From assembly GCF_000406145.1 (NCBI RefSeq), contig NZ_CM001976.1:717260-749259 (forward strand): a DNA stretch of 32,000 bases, written 5' to 3'. The notes below the pieces were generated by a model. The model did no database searches and was not told the DNA's origin. It was given only the letters and a program-made list of their open reading frames with translations. This document shows, piece by piece, positions 18,259 through 26,989 of the stretch. Position numbers and translations under genes: made by a program. This stretch comes from Dickeya dadantii NCPPB 898 (GTDB taxonomy: Bacteria; Pseudomonadota; Gammaproteobacteria; Enterobacterales; Enterobacteriaceae). Numbering within the stretch: the first letter of the stretch is position 1; every line of letters begins with the position of its first letter.

Positions 18259-18330
18259 TTAGTGGTTGAAAGTACCGAAGTTGATGGTGAAGTTTTCAAA
18301 CATGGCGATAATTTTGTGCAGCAGTTTCAT
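18259..18330 (-). CDS. Candidate small protein A (23 aa): MKLLHKIIAMFENFTINFGTFNH
   Basis: The ATG at 18330 is preceded by AGAGGAA with a 7-nt spacing and the TAA stop is at 18259-18261. It lies downstream of a TTGACC-N17-TATCTT promoter. I do not recognise the family. Confidence 0.4.
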   Translation of the reverse strand: MKLLHKIIAMFENFTINFGTFNH

Positions 18331-18361
18331 TGTCGTATTCCTCTATGTGATTCATTATTTC

Positions 18362-18377
18362 TGTGATGTTGTTCACG
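18362..18377. promoter_or_regulatory. Second, near-consensus CRP-like site
   Basis: TGTGA-TGTTGT-TCACG has 9 of 10 core positions. It is centred 57 bp from the perfect site and overlaps the predicted TSS and leader of the small-peptide unit. Confidence 0.5.
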
Positions 18378-18383
18378 GTTTTA

Positions 18384-18412
18384 AAGATACACCCTGCTCA
18401 GGGAGTGGTCAA
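18384..18412 (-). promoter_or_regulatory. Candidate sigma70 promoter for the small-peptide unit
   Basis: On the minus strand TTGACC (18412-18407) is followed by a 17-nt spacer and TATCTT (18389-18384). The predicted TSS is near 18377, giving a leader of about 47 nt. Confidence 0.5.
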
Positions 18413-18418
18413 CTTTTT

Positions 18419-18434
18419 TGTGATGCACATCACA
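18419..18434. promoter_or_regulatory. Consensus CRP (cAMP receptor protein) binding site
   Basis: TGTGA-TGCACA-TCACA is a perfect palindrome matching TGTGA-N6-TCACA. It is flanked by TTTT on one side and AAAA on the other, as in the extended consensus. Confidence 0.7.
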
Positions 18435-18806
18435 AAAATATGAACATGTAGTCTGCTCTTCCTGAACCACGGTTTTATTTTCTTTCATACTCAAGATGTT
18501 GCTGTTCGAACGGTGGCGAGTGCTCGTTGGCTGACGATTGCGGCAACGGCATGCGGCGTTTGGTTGGCGTTATTTTCAGCGCGACTACGGCGTGAAAGCA
18601 GGGAATAGCAGTTGAAATGGATGTCCCGAAGGCAGGATAATCTGCCGCCTCAACAACAACTGGCAGGATTCAGCCGCTTTGTAACGCAACGGTTAATCGT
18701 TTGCGTGTCAGGCTGGAGTGGGAAAACGGCAGGCAGTCCGGCGTCTGGCAAGGGCGTCGAATTATACCGTTTTTACTGAATACTGGTCAGGTGCCGGTTA
18801 CGGCGC

Positions 18807-18870
18807 TTGATAGCCAGGATGTTTGATAACCATAACGTTTGATAGCTATAACGTTTAATAACAACGACAT
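18807..18870 (+). repeat. Four tandem 16-bp repeats (TTGATARCYATAACGT-like) abutting the ghxP start
   Basis: The copies are TTGATAGCCAGGATGT / TTGATAACCATAACGT / TTGATAGCTATAACGT / TTAATAACAACGACAT, head to tail. Copies 2 and 3 are 14/16 identical. TTGATA (18823-18828) and TATAAC (18847-18852) within the repeats form a plausible -35/-10 pair with an 18-nt spacer. Confidence 0.6.
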
Positions 18871-18885
18871 TTCAGGGGATACACC

Positions 18886-20253
18886 ATGTCCAATACCACT
18901 CGTCAGGCTGGCGATGCGGCCCGTCCCGCAGGCGCGCTTGATGCCTTTTTCAAGATTACGCAGCGCGGCAGCAGCGTTCGTCAGGAAGTACTGGCGGGCC
19001 TGACCACTTTTCTGGCGATGGTTTACTCGGTCATCGTCGTGCCGGGCATGCTGGGTAAAGCCGGTTTTCCGCCGGCGGCGGTGTTTGTGGCGACCTGTCT
19101 GGTGGCCGGGGTCGGTTCACTGCTGATGGGGCTGTGGGCCAACCTGCCGATGGCGATCGGTTGTGCGATTTCGCTGACCGCGTTTACCGCTTTCAGTCTG
19201 GTGCTGGGTCAGCATATCAGCGTGCCGGTCGCGCTGGGCGCCATTTTCATGATGGGCGTACTGTTTACCGCGATTTCCGCTACCGGTATTCGCTCCTGGA
19301 TCCTGCGCAATTTGCCGATGGGCGTGGCGCACGGCGCCGGTATTGGTATCGGGTTGTTCCTGCTGATTATTGCCGCCAACGGCATTGGTCTGGTGATTAA
19401 AAACCCGATCGACGGCTTGCCGGTAGCGCTGGGGCATTTCACCGCGTTTCCGGTGGTGATGTCGCTGATCGGTCTGGCCGCCACCATCGGTCTTGAAAAA
19501 CGCCGCGTACCGGGCGGGATCCTGCTGGTGATCGTCGCCATTTCGGTCATCGGCCTGATTTTTGACCCTAACGTGAAATATCAGGGGCTGTTCGCCCTGC
19601 CGAGCCTGACCGACGCTAACGGTCAGTCGCTGATTTTTAGTCTCGATATCAAGGGCGCGTTGCAGCCGGTGGTGCTGCCGAGCGTGCTGGCGCTGGTGAT
19701 GACGGCGGTGTTTGATGCCACCGGCACCATTCGCGCGGTAGCCGGGCAGGCCAACCTGCTGGACAAAGACGGCCAGATTATCAATGGCGGCCGTGCGCTG
19801 ACCGCCGACTCCGTCAGCAGCATTTTCTCCAGTCTGGTGGGAACATCGCCGGCGGCGGTCTACATTGAATCCGCCGCGGGTACGGCCGCAGGCGGCAGAA
19901 CCGGCCTGACCGCGACCGTGGTGGGTGTGCTGTTCCTGTTGATCCTGTTCCTGTCGCCGCTGTCCTATCTGGTGCCGGCCTATGCGACGGCGCCGGCGCT
20001 GATGTATGTCGGGCTGCTGATGCTGAGCAACGTGTCCAAACTGGATTTCAACGACTTTGTGGACGCCATGTCCGGTCTGGTGTGCGCGGTATTCATCGTG
20101 CTGACCTGTAACATCGTTACCGGCATCATGCTGGGCTTTGGCGCGCTGGTGTTGGGCCGCCTGTTCTCTGGCGAGTGGCGCAAGCTGAATGTCGGCACCG
20201 TGATTATCGCCGTGGCGCTGGTAGTGTTTTACGCTGGCGGCTGGGCGCTCTAA
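18886..20253 (+). CDS. ghxP: Guanine/hypoxanthine permease (NCS2/AzgA family)
   Basis: It is near-identical over long stretches to E. coli GhxP/YjcD ([45 protein letters not shown]...). Synteny with yjcE-actP-yjcH-acs supports the call. Confidence 0.9.
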   Translation: MSNTTRQAGDAARPAGALDAFFKITQRGSSVRQEVLAGLTTFLAMVYSVIVVPGMLGKAGFPPAAVFVATCLVAGVGSLLMGLWANLPMAIGCAISLTAFTAFSLVLGQHISVPVALGAIFMMGVLFTAISATGIRSWILRNLPMGVAHGAGIGIGLFLLIIAANGIGLVIKNPIDGLPVALGHFTAFPVVMSLIGLAATIGLEKRRVPGGILLVIVAISVIGLIFDPNVKYQGLFALPSLTDANGQSLIFSLDIKGALQPVVLPSVLALVMTAVFDATGTIRAVAGQANLLDKDGQIINGGRALTADSVSSIFSSLVGTSPAAVYIESAAGTAAGGRTGLTATVVGVLFLLILFLSPLSYLVPAYATAPALMYVGLLMLSNVSKLDFNDFVDAMSGLVCAVFIVLTCNIVTGIMLGFGALVLGRLFSGEWRKLNVGTVIIAVALVVFYAGGWAL

Positions 20254-20279
20254 GCCGTCCGCACCGCATCATGCTCTAA

Positions 20280-20304
20280 GGGGAACCGCGGTTCCCCTTT
20301 TTTA
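20280..20304 (+). terminator. Rho-independent terminator of ghxP
   Basis: GGGGAACC-GC-GGTTCCCC is followed by TTTTTTA. Confidence 0.8.
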
Positions 20305-20475
20305 TTCCTCTGTTATTTCTCTGTGCCGAAAACGCGGTTTTTTTTGTCTTCGATTCCTGTTCATTGCTTTGTATCTTGTTATTATTTCAACAGATCATCC
20401 ACCGGATGGTGCAGTCGGCGCCCGATGGCGGCTACCCGGCGTCCTTTCATGTAACGGCAAGCAACCAGGGAACAC

Positions 20476-22122
20476 ATGGAAATATTTTTCACCATTCTGA
20501 TTATGACGCTGATCGTCTCTCTTTCAGGCGTAGTGACGCGCATCCTGCCTTTCCAGATACCGCTGCCGCTGATGCAGATCGTGCTGGGCGCCATGCTGGC
20601 CTGGCCGCAATTCGGCCTGCATGTCGACTTCAATCCCGAATTGTTTATGGTGCTGTTTATTCCGCCGCTGCTGTTCGCCGACGGCTGGAAAACCTCGACC
20701 CGCGAGTTTCTGCACCATATGCGTGAAATTCTGGGGCTGGCGCTGGTACTGGTGGTGATTACCGTGGTGGGTATCGGTTACCTATTGCACTGGATGGTCC
20801 CGGAAATGCCGCTGGTGGCCGCCTTTGCGCTGGCTGCCGTCCTGTCTCCCACCGATGCGGTGGCCTTGTCCGGCATTGTCGGCGAAGACCGGATCCCGAA
20901 AAAACTGATGGGGATCCTACAGGGCGAGGCGTTAATGAACGACGCCTCGGCGCTGGTGTCGCTCAAGTTTGCGGTGGCGATCGCCATGGGAACCATGGTG
21001 TTTACGGTTTACGGCGCGACGCTGGCGTTTTTGCAGGTCGCGCTGGGCGGCCTGCTGGCCGGGATCGGCGTCACCTGGGTTTACAGTAAATCTCTGTCGT
21101 TGCTTGGTCATCAGAACGATGACGATGCCGCCACCCAAATCGTGTTACTGCTGCTGTTGCCGTTCGCTGCCTACCTGATCGCCGAACATTTCGGCGTATC
21201 GGGCATTCTGGCGGCGGTGGCGTCTGGGATGACTATCAGCCGAACCCAACTGCTGCGGCAGGCGCCGCTCAACATGCGACTGCGCGCCAACGGCGTGTGG
21301 AACATGCTGGAGTTTGTGTTCAACGGCATGGTGTTCCTGATGCTGGGGCTGCAACTGCCCGGCGTGATTGAAGAGTCGATTGTGCAGGCGGAGCTGGATC
21401 CGACCATCGAAACCTGGATGCTATTCGCCGACATCGCTCTGATCTATTGCGCTTTGCTGCTGTTGCGGTTTGCCTGGCTGTGGCTGATGAAACTCTACAG
21501 CCGTTATGTACAAAATAAGCGTCCGATGTTGTTTGCCGACTACACCTCGCGCGAGATCTGGATCAGCACCTTTGCCGGCGTACGGGGCGCCATCACGCTG
21601 GCGGGTGTGTTGTCCATCCCGCTGTTTCTGAGCAGCGGCGCACCGTTCCCGTCCCGCTATCAACTGGTGTTTATCGCTACCGGCGTGATCCTGTTTTCAC
21701 TGTTGTGCGGGGTGATAGCGTTACCGCTGCTGTTGAGGGGCATTACGCTGACCGACCACAGCGTGCAGAAAAAAGAGGAACGCATCGCACGGGTGACGAT
21801 GGCGCAGGTTGCGATCGATAGTCTGAAAAAAATGCAGGAACGGCTGGCGGCGGACCGGGAAGAAAATCTGGACGATCAGGTGCTGGCGGAGGTGAGCGCC
21901 CGCGTCATCGGTATGTTGCATCGCCGCGTGGCGGGCACCGACGAGCTGGAAAACAACATGGCGGTGGAAAATCTGGAACGGCGCTTTCGTCTGGCTGCCG
22001 TTAGTGCAGAGCGCGCCGAACTGTATCACCTGCGCGCCACGCAGCGTATCAGCAACGAAACGCTGCAGAAAATGCTGCGGGAACTGGATTTGCTGGAAGC
22101 GGTGTTAAGCGAGAAGGTGTAA
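20476..22122 (+). CDS. yjcE: CPA1-family Na+(K+)/H+ exchanger YjcE
   Basis: The N-terminus MEIFFTILIMTLIVSLSGVVTRILPFQIPLPLMQI...FIPPLLFADGWKT is essentially that of E. coli YjcE. The length (548 aa) and genomic position also agree. Confidence 0.9.
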   Translation: MEIFFTILIMTLIVSLSGVVTRILPFQIPLPLMQIVLGAMLAWPQFGLHVDFNPELFMVLFIPPLLFADGWKTSTREFLHHMREILGLALVLVVITVVGIGYLLHWMVPEMPLVAAFALAAVLSPTDAVALSGIVGEDRIPKKLMGILQGEALMNDASALVSLKFAVAIAMGTMVFTVYGATLAFLQVALGGLLAGIGVTWVYSKSLSLLGHQNDDDAATQIVLLLLLPFAAYLIAEHFGVSGILAAVASGMTISRTQLLRQAPLNMRLRANGVWNMLEFVFNGMVFLMLGLQLPGVIEESIVQAELDPTIETWMLFADIALIYCALLLLRFAWLWLMKLYSRYVQNKRPMLFADYTSREIWISTFAGVRGAITLAGVLSIPLFLSSGAPFPSRYQLVFIATGVILFSLLCGVIALPLLLRGITLTDHSVQKKEERIARVTMAQVAIDSLKKMQERLAADREENLDDQVLAEVSARVIGMLHRRVAGTDELENNMAVENLERRFRLAAVSAERAELYHLRATQRISNETLQKMLRELDLLEAVLSEKV

Positions 22123-22148
22123 AAAAAACCGGGGAGCAAGCTCCCCGG
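22121..22148. terminator. Shared terminator between the convergent yjcE and actP genes (best oriented for actP)
   Basis: AAAAAAAA-CCGGGGAGC-aa-GCTCCCCGG-TT. On the minus strand the hairpin is followed by T8. Confidence 0.75.
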
Positions 22149-22169
22149 TTGTCGTGAGTATCGCCTTTC

Positions 22170-23828
22170 TTAGTGAGATGACCCTTTGGATATGCCAAGG
22201 CCGGTTTGCGAACGGATAAACTGCGCTTTGAATTTACCGCGTTCTTCGACGGCGTTGGCTGAATTGTCGGTAATCGAGAAAAACCAGATACCGATAAAGG
22301 CCACCAGCATCGAGAACAGCGCCGGGTATTCATACGGGTAAATCGGGCTGGCATGACCGAGGATTTTCACCCAGATGGTCGGCCCCAGAATCATCAGAAT
22401 TATTGCCGTCAGCAGCCCGGCCCAGCCGCCGATCATGGCGCCGCGGCTGGTCAGCTTCGACCAGTACATCGACAGCAGGATTATCGGGAAGTTACAGCTG
22501 GCGGCAATCGAGAACGCCAGCCCGACCATAAAGGCGATGTTCTGGTTTTCGAACAGGATCCCCAGCAGGATAGCGATCACCCCCAGCGCCAGTACCGTGA
22601 GTTTCGACACTTTCAGCTCGTCGCGCTCGGTAGCCTGACCCTTCTTGATGACGTTCGAATACAGGTCATGAGACACGGCTGAGGCACCGGCCAGCGTCAG
22701 CCCGGCCACCACCGCCAAAATGGTGGCGAAGGCCACGGCGGAGATAAAGCCGAGGAAGAAGTTGCCGCCCACGGCGTTAGCCAGATGCACCGCCGCCATG
22801 TTGTTGCCGCCGATCAACGCGCCGGCGGCGTCTTTGAACGCCGGGTTGGCGCCCACCAGCAAGATCGCGCCGAAACCGATGATGAAGGTCAGGAAGTAGA
22901 AATACCCCATGAACCCGGTGGCGAAGAACACGCTTTTGCGCGCTTCACGGGCGTCACTGACGGTGAAGAAACGCATCAGTATATGCGGCAGGCCGGCGGT
23001 GCCGAACATCAGCCCCAGCCCGAGAGACAGCGCGGAAATCGGGTCGGACACCAGTCCGCCGGGTTTCATGATCGCGATACCTTTCGCGTGAACCTTGGTC
23101 GCTTCGGTGAACAGGCTATCGAAGCTGAAGTTAACCGTTTTCAGCACCATGATCGCCATGAAGGTGGCGCCGCACAGTAACAATACCGCTTTGATGATTT
23201 GTACCCAGGTGGTAGCCAGCATGCCGCCGAACAGTACGTACATCACCATCAGAATACCGACCAGCACCACCGCGATATGGTAGTTCAGCCCGAACAGCAA
23301 CTGAATCAGCTTACCGGCGCCCACCATCTGGGCAATCAGGTACAGCGCCACCACCACCAGCGAACCGCAGGCGGACAGGGTGCGGATCGGTTTTTGCTGT
23401 AACCGGTAAGACGCCACGTCAGCAAAGGTGTAGCGACCCAGATTGCGCAGCCGTTCCGCAATCAGGAACAGGATGATCGGCCAGCCGACCAGAAAGCCGA
23501 GCGAGTAGATCAGGCCGTCGAAGCCGGAGGTGTACACCAGCGCCGAAATGCCGAGGAACGAGGCCGCGGACATGTAGTCGCCGGCAATCGCCAGCCCGTT
23601 CTGAAAGCCGGTGATATTGCCGCCCGCGGTGTAGTAATCGCTGCGCGAACGGGTACGTTTGGACGCCCAGTAGGTGATGTAGAGCGTCGCCGCCACGAAC
23701 AGCACAAACAGTGCGATGGCCTGAATATTCAGCGGTTGCTTCTGGACATTGCCGGAAACAGCATCCGCCGCCTGCGCCCATATCGGTAGCCCCAACAACG
23801 CGGTCAACAGAAAAATGCGGCTTTTCAT
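22170..23828 (-). CDS. actP: Acetate/glycolate:cation symporter ActP (SSS family)
   Basis: It is strongly similar by eye to E. coli ActP ([35 protein letters not shown]...). An ATGA overlap joins it to yjcH. Confidence 0.95.
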   Translation of the reverse strand: MKSRIFLLTALLGLPIWAQAADAVSGNVQKQPLNIQAIALFVLFVAATLYITYWASKRTRSRSDYYTAGGNITGFQNGLAIAGDYMSAASFLGISALVYTSGFDGLIYSLGFLVGWPIILFLIAERLRNLGRYTFADVASYRLQQKPIRTLSACGSLVVVALYLIAQMVGAGKLIQLLFGLNYHIAVVLVGILMVMYVLFGGMLATTWVQIIKAVLLLCGATFMAIMVLKTVNFSFDSLFTEATKVHAKGIAIMKPGGLVSDPISALSLGLGLMFGTAGLPHILMRFFTVSDAREARKSVFFATGFMGYFYFLTFIIGFGAILLVGANPAFKDAAGALIGGNNMAAVHLANAVGGNFFLGFISAVAFATILAVVAGLTLAGASAVSHDLYSNVIKKGQATERDELKVSKLTVLALGVIAILLGILFENQNIAFMVGLAFSIAASCNFPIILLSMYWSKLTSRGAMIGGWAGLLTAIILMILGPTIWVKILGHASPIYPYEYPALFSMLVAFIGIWFFSITDNSANAVEERGKFKAQFIRSQTGLGISKGSSH

Positions 23829-24136
23829 TTTTGCACCTCGTCCAGCAATGCCTTGGTCAGGCGGTCAAATTCGCCATTGGCGCGGTAGACATAAATACCG
23901 GTAAGCACAAAGGAGATAACGATGAGCCCAATACCCAACGGGATGCCGCGGGTCGTCCCCGCGCCGGGTGCTATCGGCGTACCCAGCCAGCCCGGCGCAA
24001 AGGCGATCAACAGAATGAAACCGACGTACAACACCAGCATGATCAGCGAAAGAAAGGCGGCAAAACGCTGCCGTTTCTGGACCAGTTCTTTAAATAGCGG
24101 GTTATCCTCAATCCGTTGATAAATGAGATCATTCAT
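23825..24136 (-). CDS. yjcH: DUF485 inner-membrane protein YjcH
   Basis: [54 protein letters not shown] matches E. coli YjcH. A GGAG lies 7 nt upstream of the ATG at 24136. An ATG at 24139 is an alternative start. Confidence 0.85.
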   Translation of the reverse strand: MNDLIYQRIEDNPLFKELVQKRQRFAAFLSLIMLVLYVGFILLIAFAPGWLGTPIAPGAGTTRGIPLGIGLIVISFVLTGIYVYRANGEFDRLTKALLDEVQK

Positions 24137-24257
24137 CATAAATCTCCAGTCAGATAAGTCGCGTCGCCCTCGCGGGCGGCTGTTTTTCAGGTGCCACCAC
24201 ACACCAGACGGCGTAATACGATCTGGTGCGGGTGGCGCTGTTTTTATCGGATGACGT

Positions 24258-26219
24258 TTAAGACGATGTGTGGCTCATGGCTTGTTTTTCTTCCAGCAGT
24301 TTCTCTACCACGCCAGGATCGGCGAGGGTGGAGATATCCCCAAGATTGCTGGTATCCCCGGCTGCAATCTTGCGCAGAATACGCCGCATGATTTTGCCGG
24401 ATCGGGTTTTCGGTAGCGCATCGGTCCAGTGCAGGATATCCGGGGTGGCGATGGGGCCAATCTCTTTGCGCACCCAGTTGCGCACCTCGGTATACAGCTC
24501 GCTGGTAGGCTCTTCGCCGTGATTCAGCGTGATGTAGGCATAGATCGCCTGCCCCTTGAGGCTGTGCGGAATGCCGACCACCGCCGCTTCGGCGATTTTC
24601 GGGTGTGAAACCAGCGCCGATTCGATTTCCGCGGTGCCGAGGCGATGACCGGAGACGTTCAGCACATCGTCCACGCGGCCGGTGATCCAGTAATAGCCGT
24701 CTTCGTCGCGCCGCGCGCCGTCGCCGCTGAAATACATGCCTTTGAAGGTGGAGAAATAGGTCTGCTCAAAGCGCTCATGGTCGCCAAACAGCGTACGCGC
24801 CTGACCGGGCCAGGAGTCGGTAATCACCAGGTTGCCTTCGCAGGCGCCGTCCTGCGGGTTGCCGAGGTTGTCCACCAGTGCCGGTTGCACCCCGAAAAAC
24901 GGCAGCGTCGCCGAACCCGGTTTGGCTTCGATGGCGCCGGGCAACGGCGTGATCATGAATCCCCCGGTTTCCGTCTGCCACCAGGTGTCGACGATCGGGC
25001 AGCGGCTATTGCCGATTTTTTTGAAGTACCATTCCCAGGCTTCCGGGTTGATGGGTTCCCCCACCGAGCCCATGATTTTGAGCGACTGGCGCGAGGTGCC
25101 TTCAATCGCCTTGTCGCCGTCCGCCATCAGCGCGCGAATGGCGGTGGGCGCGGTATACAGGATATTGACCTGATGCTTGTCCACCACTTGCCCCATACGG
25201 CTGGCGGTAGGCCAGTTGGGCACGCCTTCAAACATCAGCGTGATGGCGCCGCAGGCCAGCGGGCCGTACAACAGGTAACTATGACCGGTTACCCAGCCGA
25301 CGTCGGCGGTACACCAGTAAACGTCGCCGGGGTGGTAGTCGAACACGTATTTAAAGGTAGCGGCGGCGTAAACCAGATAACCGCCGGTGGTGTGCAACAC
25401 GCCTTTCGGTTTACCGGTGGAGCCGGAGGTATACAGAATAAATAGCGGATCTTCAGCGTTCATTTCTTCCGGCGGGCAATGATCGTCCACCTGGGCGATC
25501 AACTCGTGCCACCACAGATCCCGGCCGTCCTGCCAGTTGCCGGGCTTGCCGGTACGCTGGAAAACGATCACATGGTTGACGCTGGTGACCGCCGGGTTGC
25601 GCAGGGCTTCGTCAATGTTCTTTTTCAGCGGAATGGCCCGTCCGGCGCGAATGCCTTCATCGGCGGTGACCACCAGTTTGGCGCTGGAGTCGACGATGCG
25701 CCCGGCGATGGATTCCGGGGAGAATCCGCCGAAGATCACCGAATGCACGGCGCCGACGCGGGCGCAGGCCAGCATCGCCACGGCGGCTTCCGGCACCATC
25801 GGCATATAAATAGCGACCACATCGCCTTTACGGATGCCTTTAGATTTCAGCACGTTGGCGAAACGGCAAACCGCCTGATGCAGCTCGCGGTAGGTGACTT
25901 TTTTGCTTTCCCCGGCGTCGTCGCCTTCCCAGATGATCGCGGTTTGATCGCCCAGTGTGTCGAGATGGCGATCGAGGCAGTTGGCCGCTACATTTAATGT
26001 ACCGTCCTCGAACCAGCGGATACGGACATGGCCCGGGTCAAAAGAGGTGTTTTTGACCTGGTTATAGGGTTTGATCCAATCAACGATCTTGCCTTGTTCC
26101 CGCCAGAAGGCATCAGGATCCTGCACAGATTCCTGATACATCTTTTTATATTGTTCGGCGGTGATTAAGGCGTTTTCCGCAATGGTGGCGGGTATAGGGT
26201 GTTTATTATATTGGCTCAT
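24258..26219 (-). CDS. acs: Acetyl-CoA synthetase
   Basis: The 653-aa protein is collinear with E. coli Acs (MSQ..KH.IPA.IA...[29 protein letters not shown], and the C-terminal [17 protein letters not shown]). Confidence 0.97.
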   Translation of the reverse strand: MSQYNKHPIPATIAENALITAEQYKKMYQESVQDPDAFWREQGKIVDWIKPYNQVKNTSFDPGHVRIRWFEDGTLNVAANCLDRHLDTLGDQTAIIWEGDDAGESKKVTYRELHQAVCRFANVLKSKGIRKGDVVAIYMPMVPEAAVAMLACARVGAVHSVIFGGFSPESIAGRIVDSSAKLVVTADEGIRAGRAIPLKKNIDEALRNPAVTSVNHVIVFQRTGKPGNWQDGRDLWWHELIAQVDDHCPPEEMNAEDPLFILYTSGSTGKPKGVLHTTGGYLVYAAATFKYVFDYHPGDVYWCTADVGWVTGHSYLLYGPLACGAITLMFEGVPNWPTASRMGQVVDKHQVNILYTAPTAIRALMADGDKAIEGTSRQSLKIMGSVGEPINPEAWEWYFKKIGNSRCPIVDTWWQTETGGFMITPLPGAIEAKPGSATLPFFGVQPALVDNLGNPQDGACEGNLVITDSWPGQARTLFGDHERFEQTYFSTFKGMYFSGDGARRDEDGYYWITGRVDDVLNVSGHRLGTAEIESALVSHPKIAEAAVVGIPHSLKGQAIYAYITLNHGEEPTSELYTEVRNWVRKEIGPIATPDILHWTDALPKTRSGKIMRRILRKIAAGDTSNLGDISTLADPGVVEKLLEEKQAMSHTSS

Positions 26220-26298
26220 AGCGCTTCTCCTTAAACATTGTTAATATTATGTCAATCAATAGTTAATAACAGTGAGCCATTAACATTTGTTTCTTTTT

Positions 26299-26314
26299 TG
26301 CGCGATGGATCACG
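26299..26314. promoter_or_regulatory. CRP-like site upstream of acs
   Basis: TGCGC-GATGGA-TCACG is centred about 87 bp upstream of the acs ATG. In E. coli acs is CRP-activated. The match is only moderate. Confidence 0.35.
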
Positions 26315-26404
26315 CATTGCAGGAAAGAGCTGAGACGTTTGCTTTTAAGGATAGTCTTAGATTGGCGACAGCATGGGTGGAGGCGGCCAAAGCACACAAA
26401 TTTA

Positions 26405-26420
26405 TGAGATTTTGCTCACA
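26405..26420. promoter_or_regulatory. Second CRP-like site upstream of acs
   Basis: TGAGA-TTTTGC-TCACA is centred 106 bp (about 10 helical turns) from the first site. Confidence 0.3.
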
Positions 26421-26673
26421 TTTTTGTTACCTTTATGCCGTTCTTCGAATTCGTAAAGGGAATAGTTAATGAAAATGACTATTTCATCGACATTAACTAT
26501 CATTAATAAGAATTTGATCGGACGATATGATCAAACAAGCAAAAGATCGCCCTTATTTGAACGATCGACTTCCGGCGAAAGCGGATATAGTGCTAATGAT
26601 CCCTAAAAGGGTGACATTTAATGCCTCCGTTTCGTTACGAAATTGTTTTAATTGTAAACAAATTGCGGGCAAT

Positions 26674-26703
26674 AAATGGACTGATTATAAATGGACTGAT
26701 TAT
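26674..26703 (+). repeat. Perfect 15-bp tandem duplication (AAATGGACTGATTAT x2)
   Basis: This was read directly from the sequence in AT-rich non-coding DNA. Confidence 0.9.
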
Positions 26704-26989
26704 TGTGATAGATAATATCGACTTTCAGTCCGCCGGAAGACATGGGAATAATTTACCAAAGTATAATATCTATATTGTTTGGACTGCATAATAACGCAGG
26801 AAATTACATTCTTGCTCATAACGCCCTTTGTCCTGGTTGGTTGAATTCTAATTATATCAACGGTTTAATTATTGCATTTACCAGGTAATTTATCTGGTTG
26901 ACTTTAAAACTATCCCCGGACTCCCCGAGCCGTCCACATTAGGCAGCTTCAGGGGGGATAGATTTCACATAGCAAGAAGCAGAGGACAT

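Noticed and set aside
18266-18451. A 61-aa plus-strand track ORF (MKVPKLMVKFSNM...)
   Set aside because: It has no SD. It runs antisense through small ORF A, the predicted promoter and both CRP sites, and its composition looks like translated regulatory DNA.
18823-18854. A canonical PurR box within the ATAACGTTTGAT repeats
   Set aside because: Only about 9-10 of 16 positions match ACGCAAACGTTTGCGT, and the critical GCAA/TTGC positions are missing.
18440-18885. Possible purine riboswitch or other leader RNA in front of ghxP
   Set aside because: I looked for the purine-riboswitch junction motifs (UAUAAU...UUUCUACC...CCGUAAAU...GACUAUG) and found none. A plausible promoter lies only about 30-60 bp from the ATG, inside the 16-bp repeats.
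26287-26715. Track ORFs of 60 aa (26287-26469) and 62 aa (26527-26715) in the acs upstream region
   Set aside because: They sit in AT-rich DNA with no SD and odd composition. The second owes part of its length to the 15-bp tandem duplication. They are more likely regulatory DNA.
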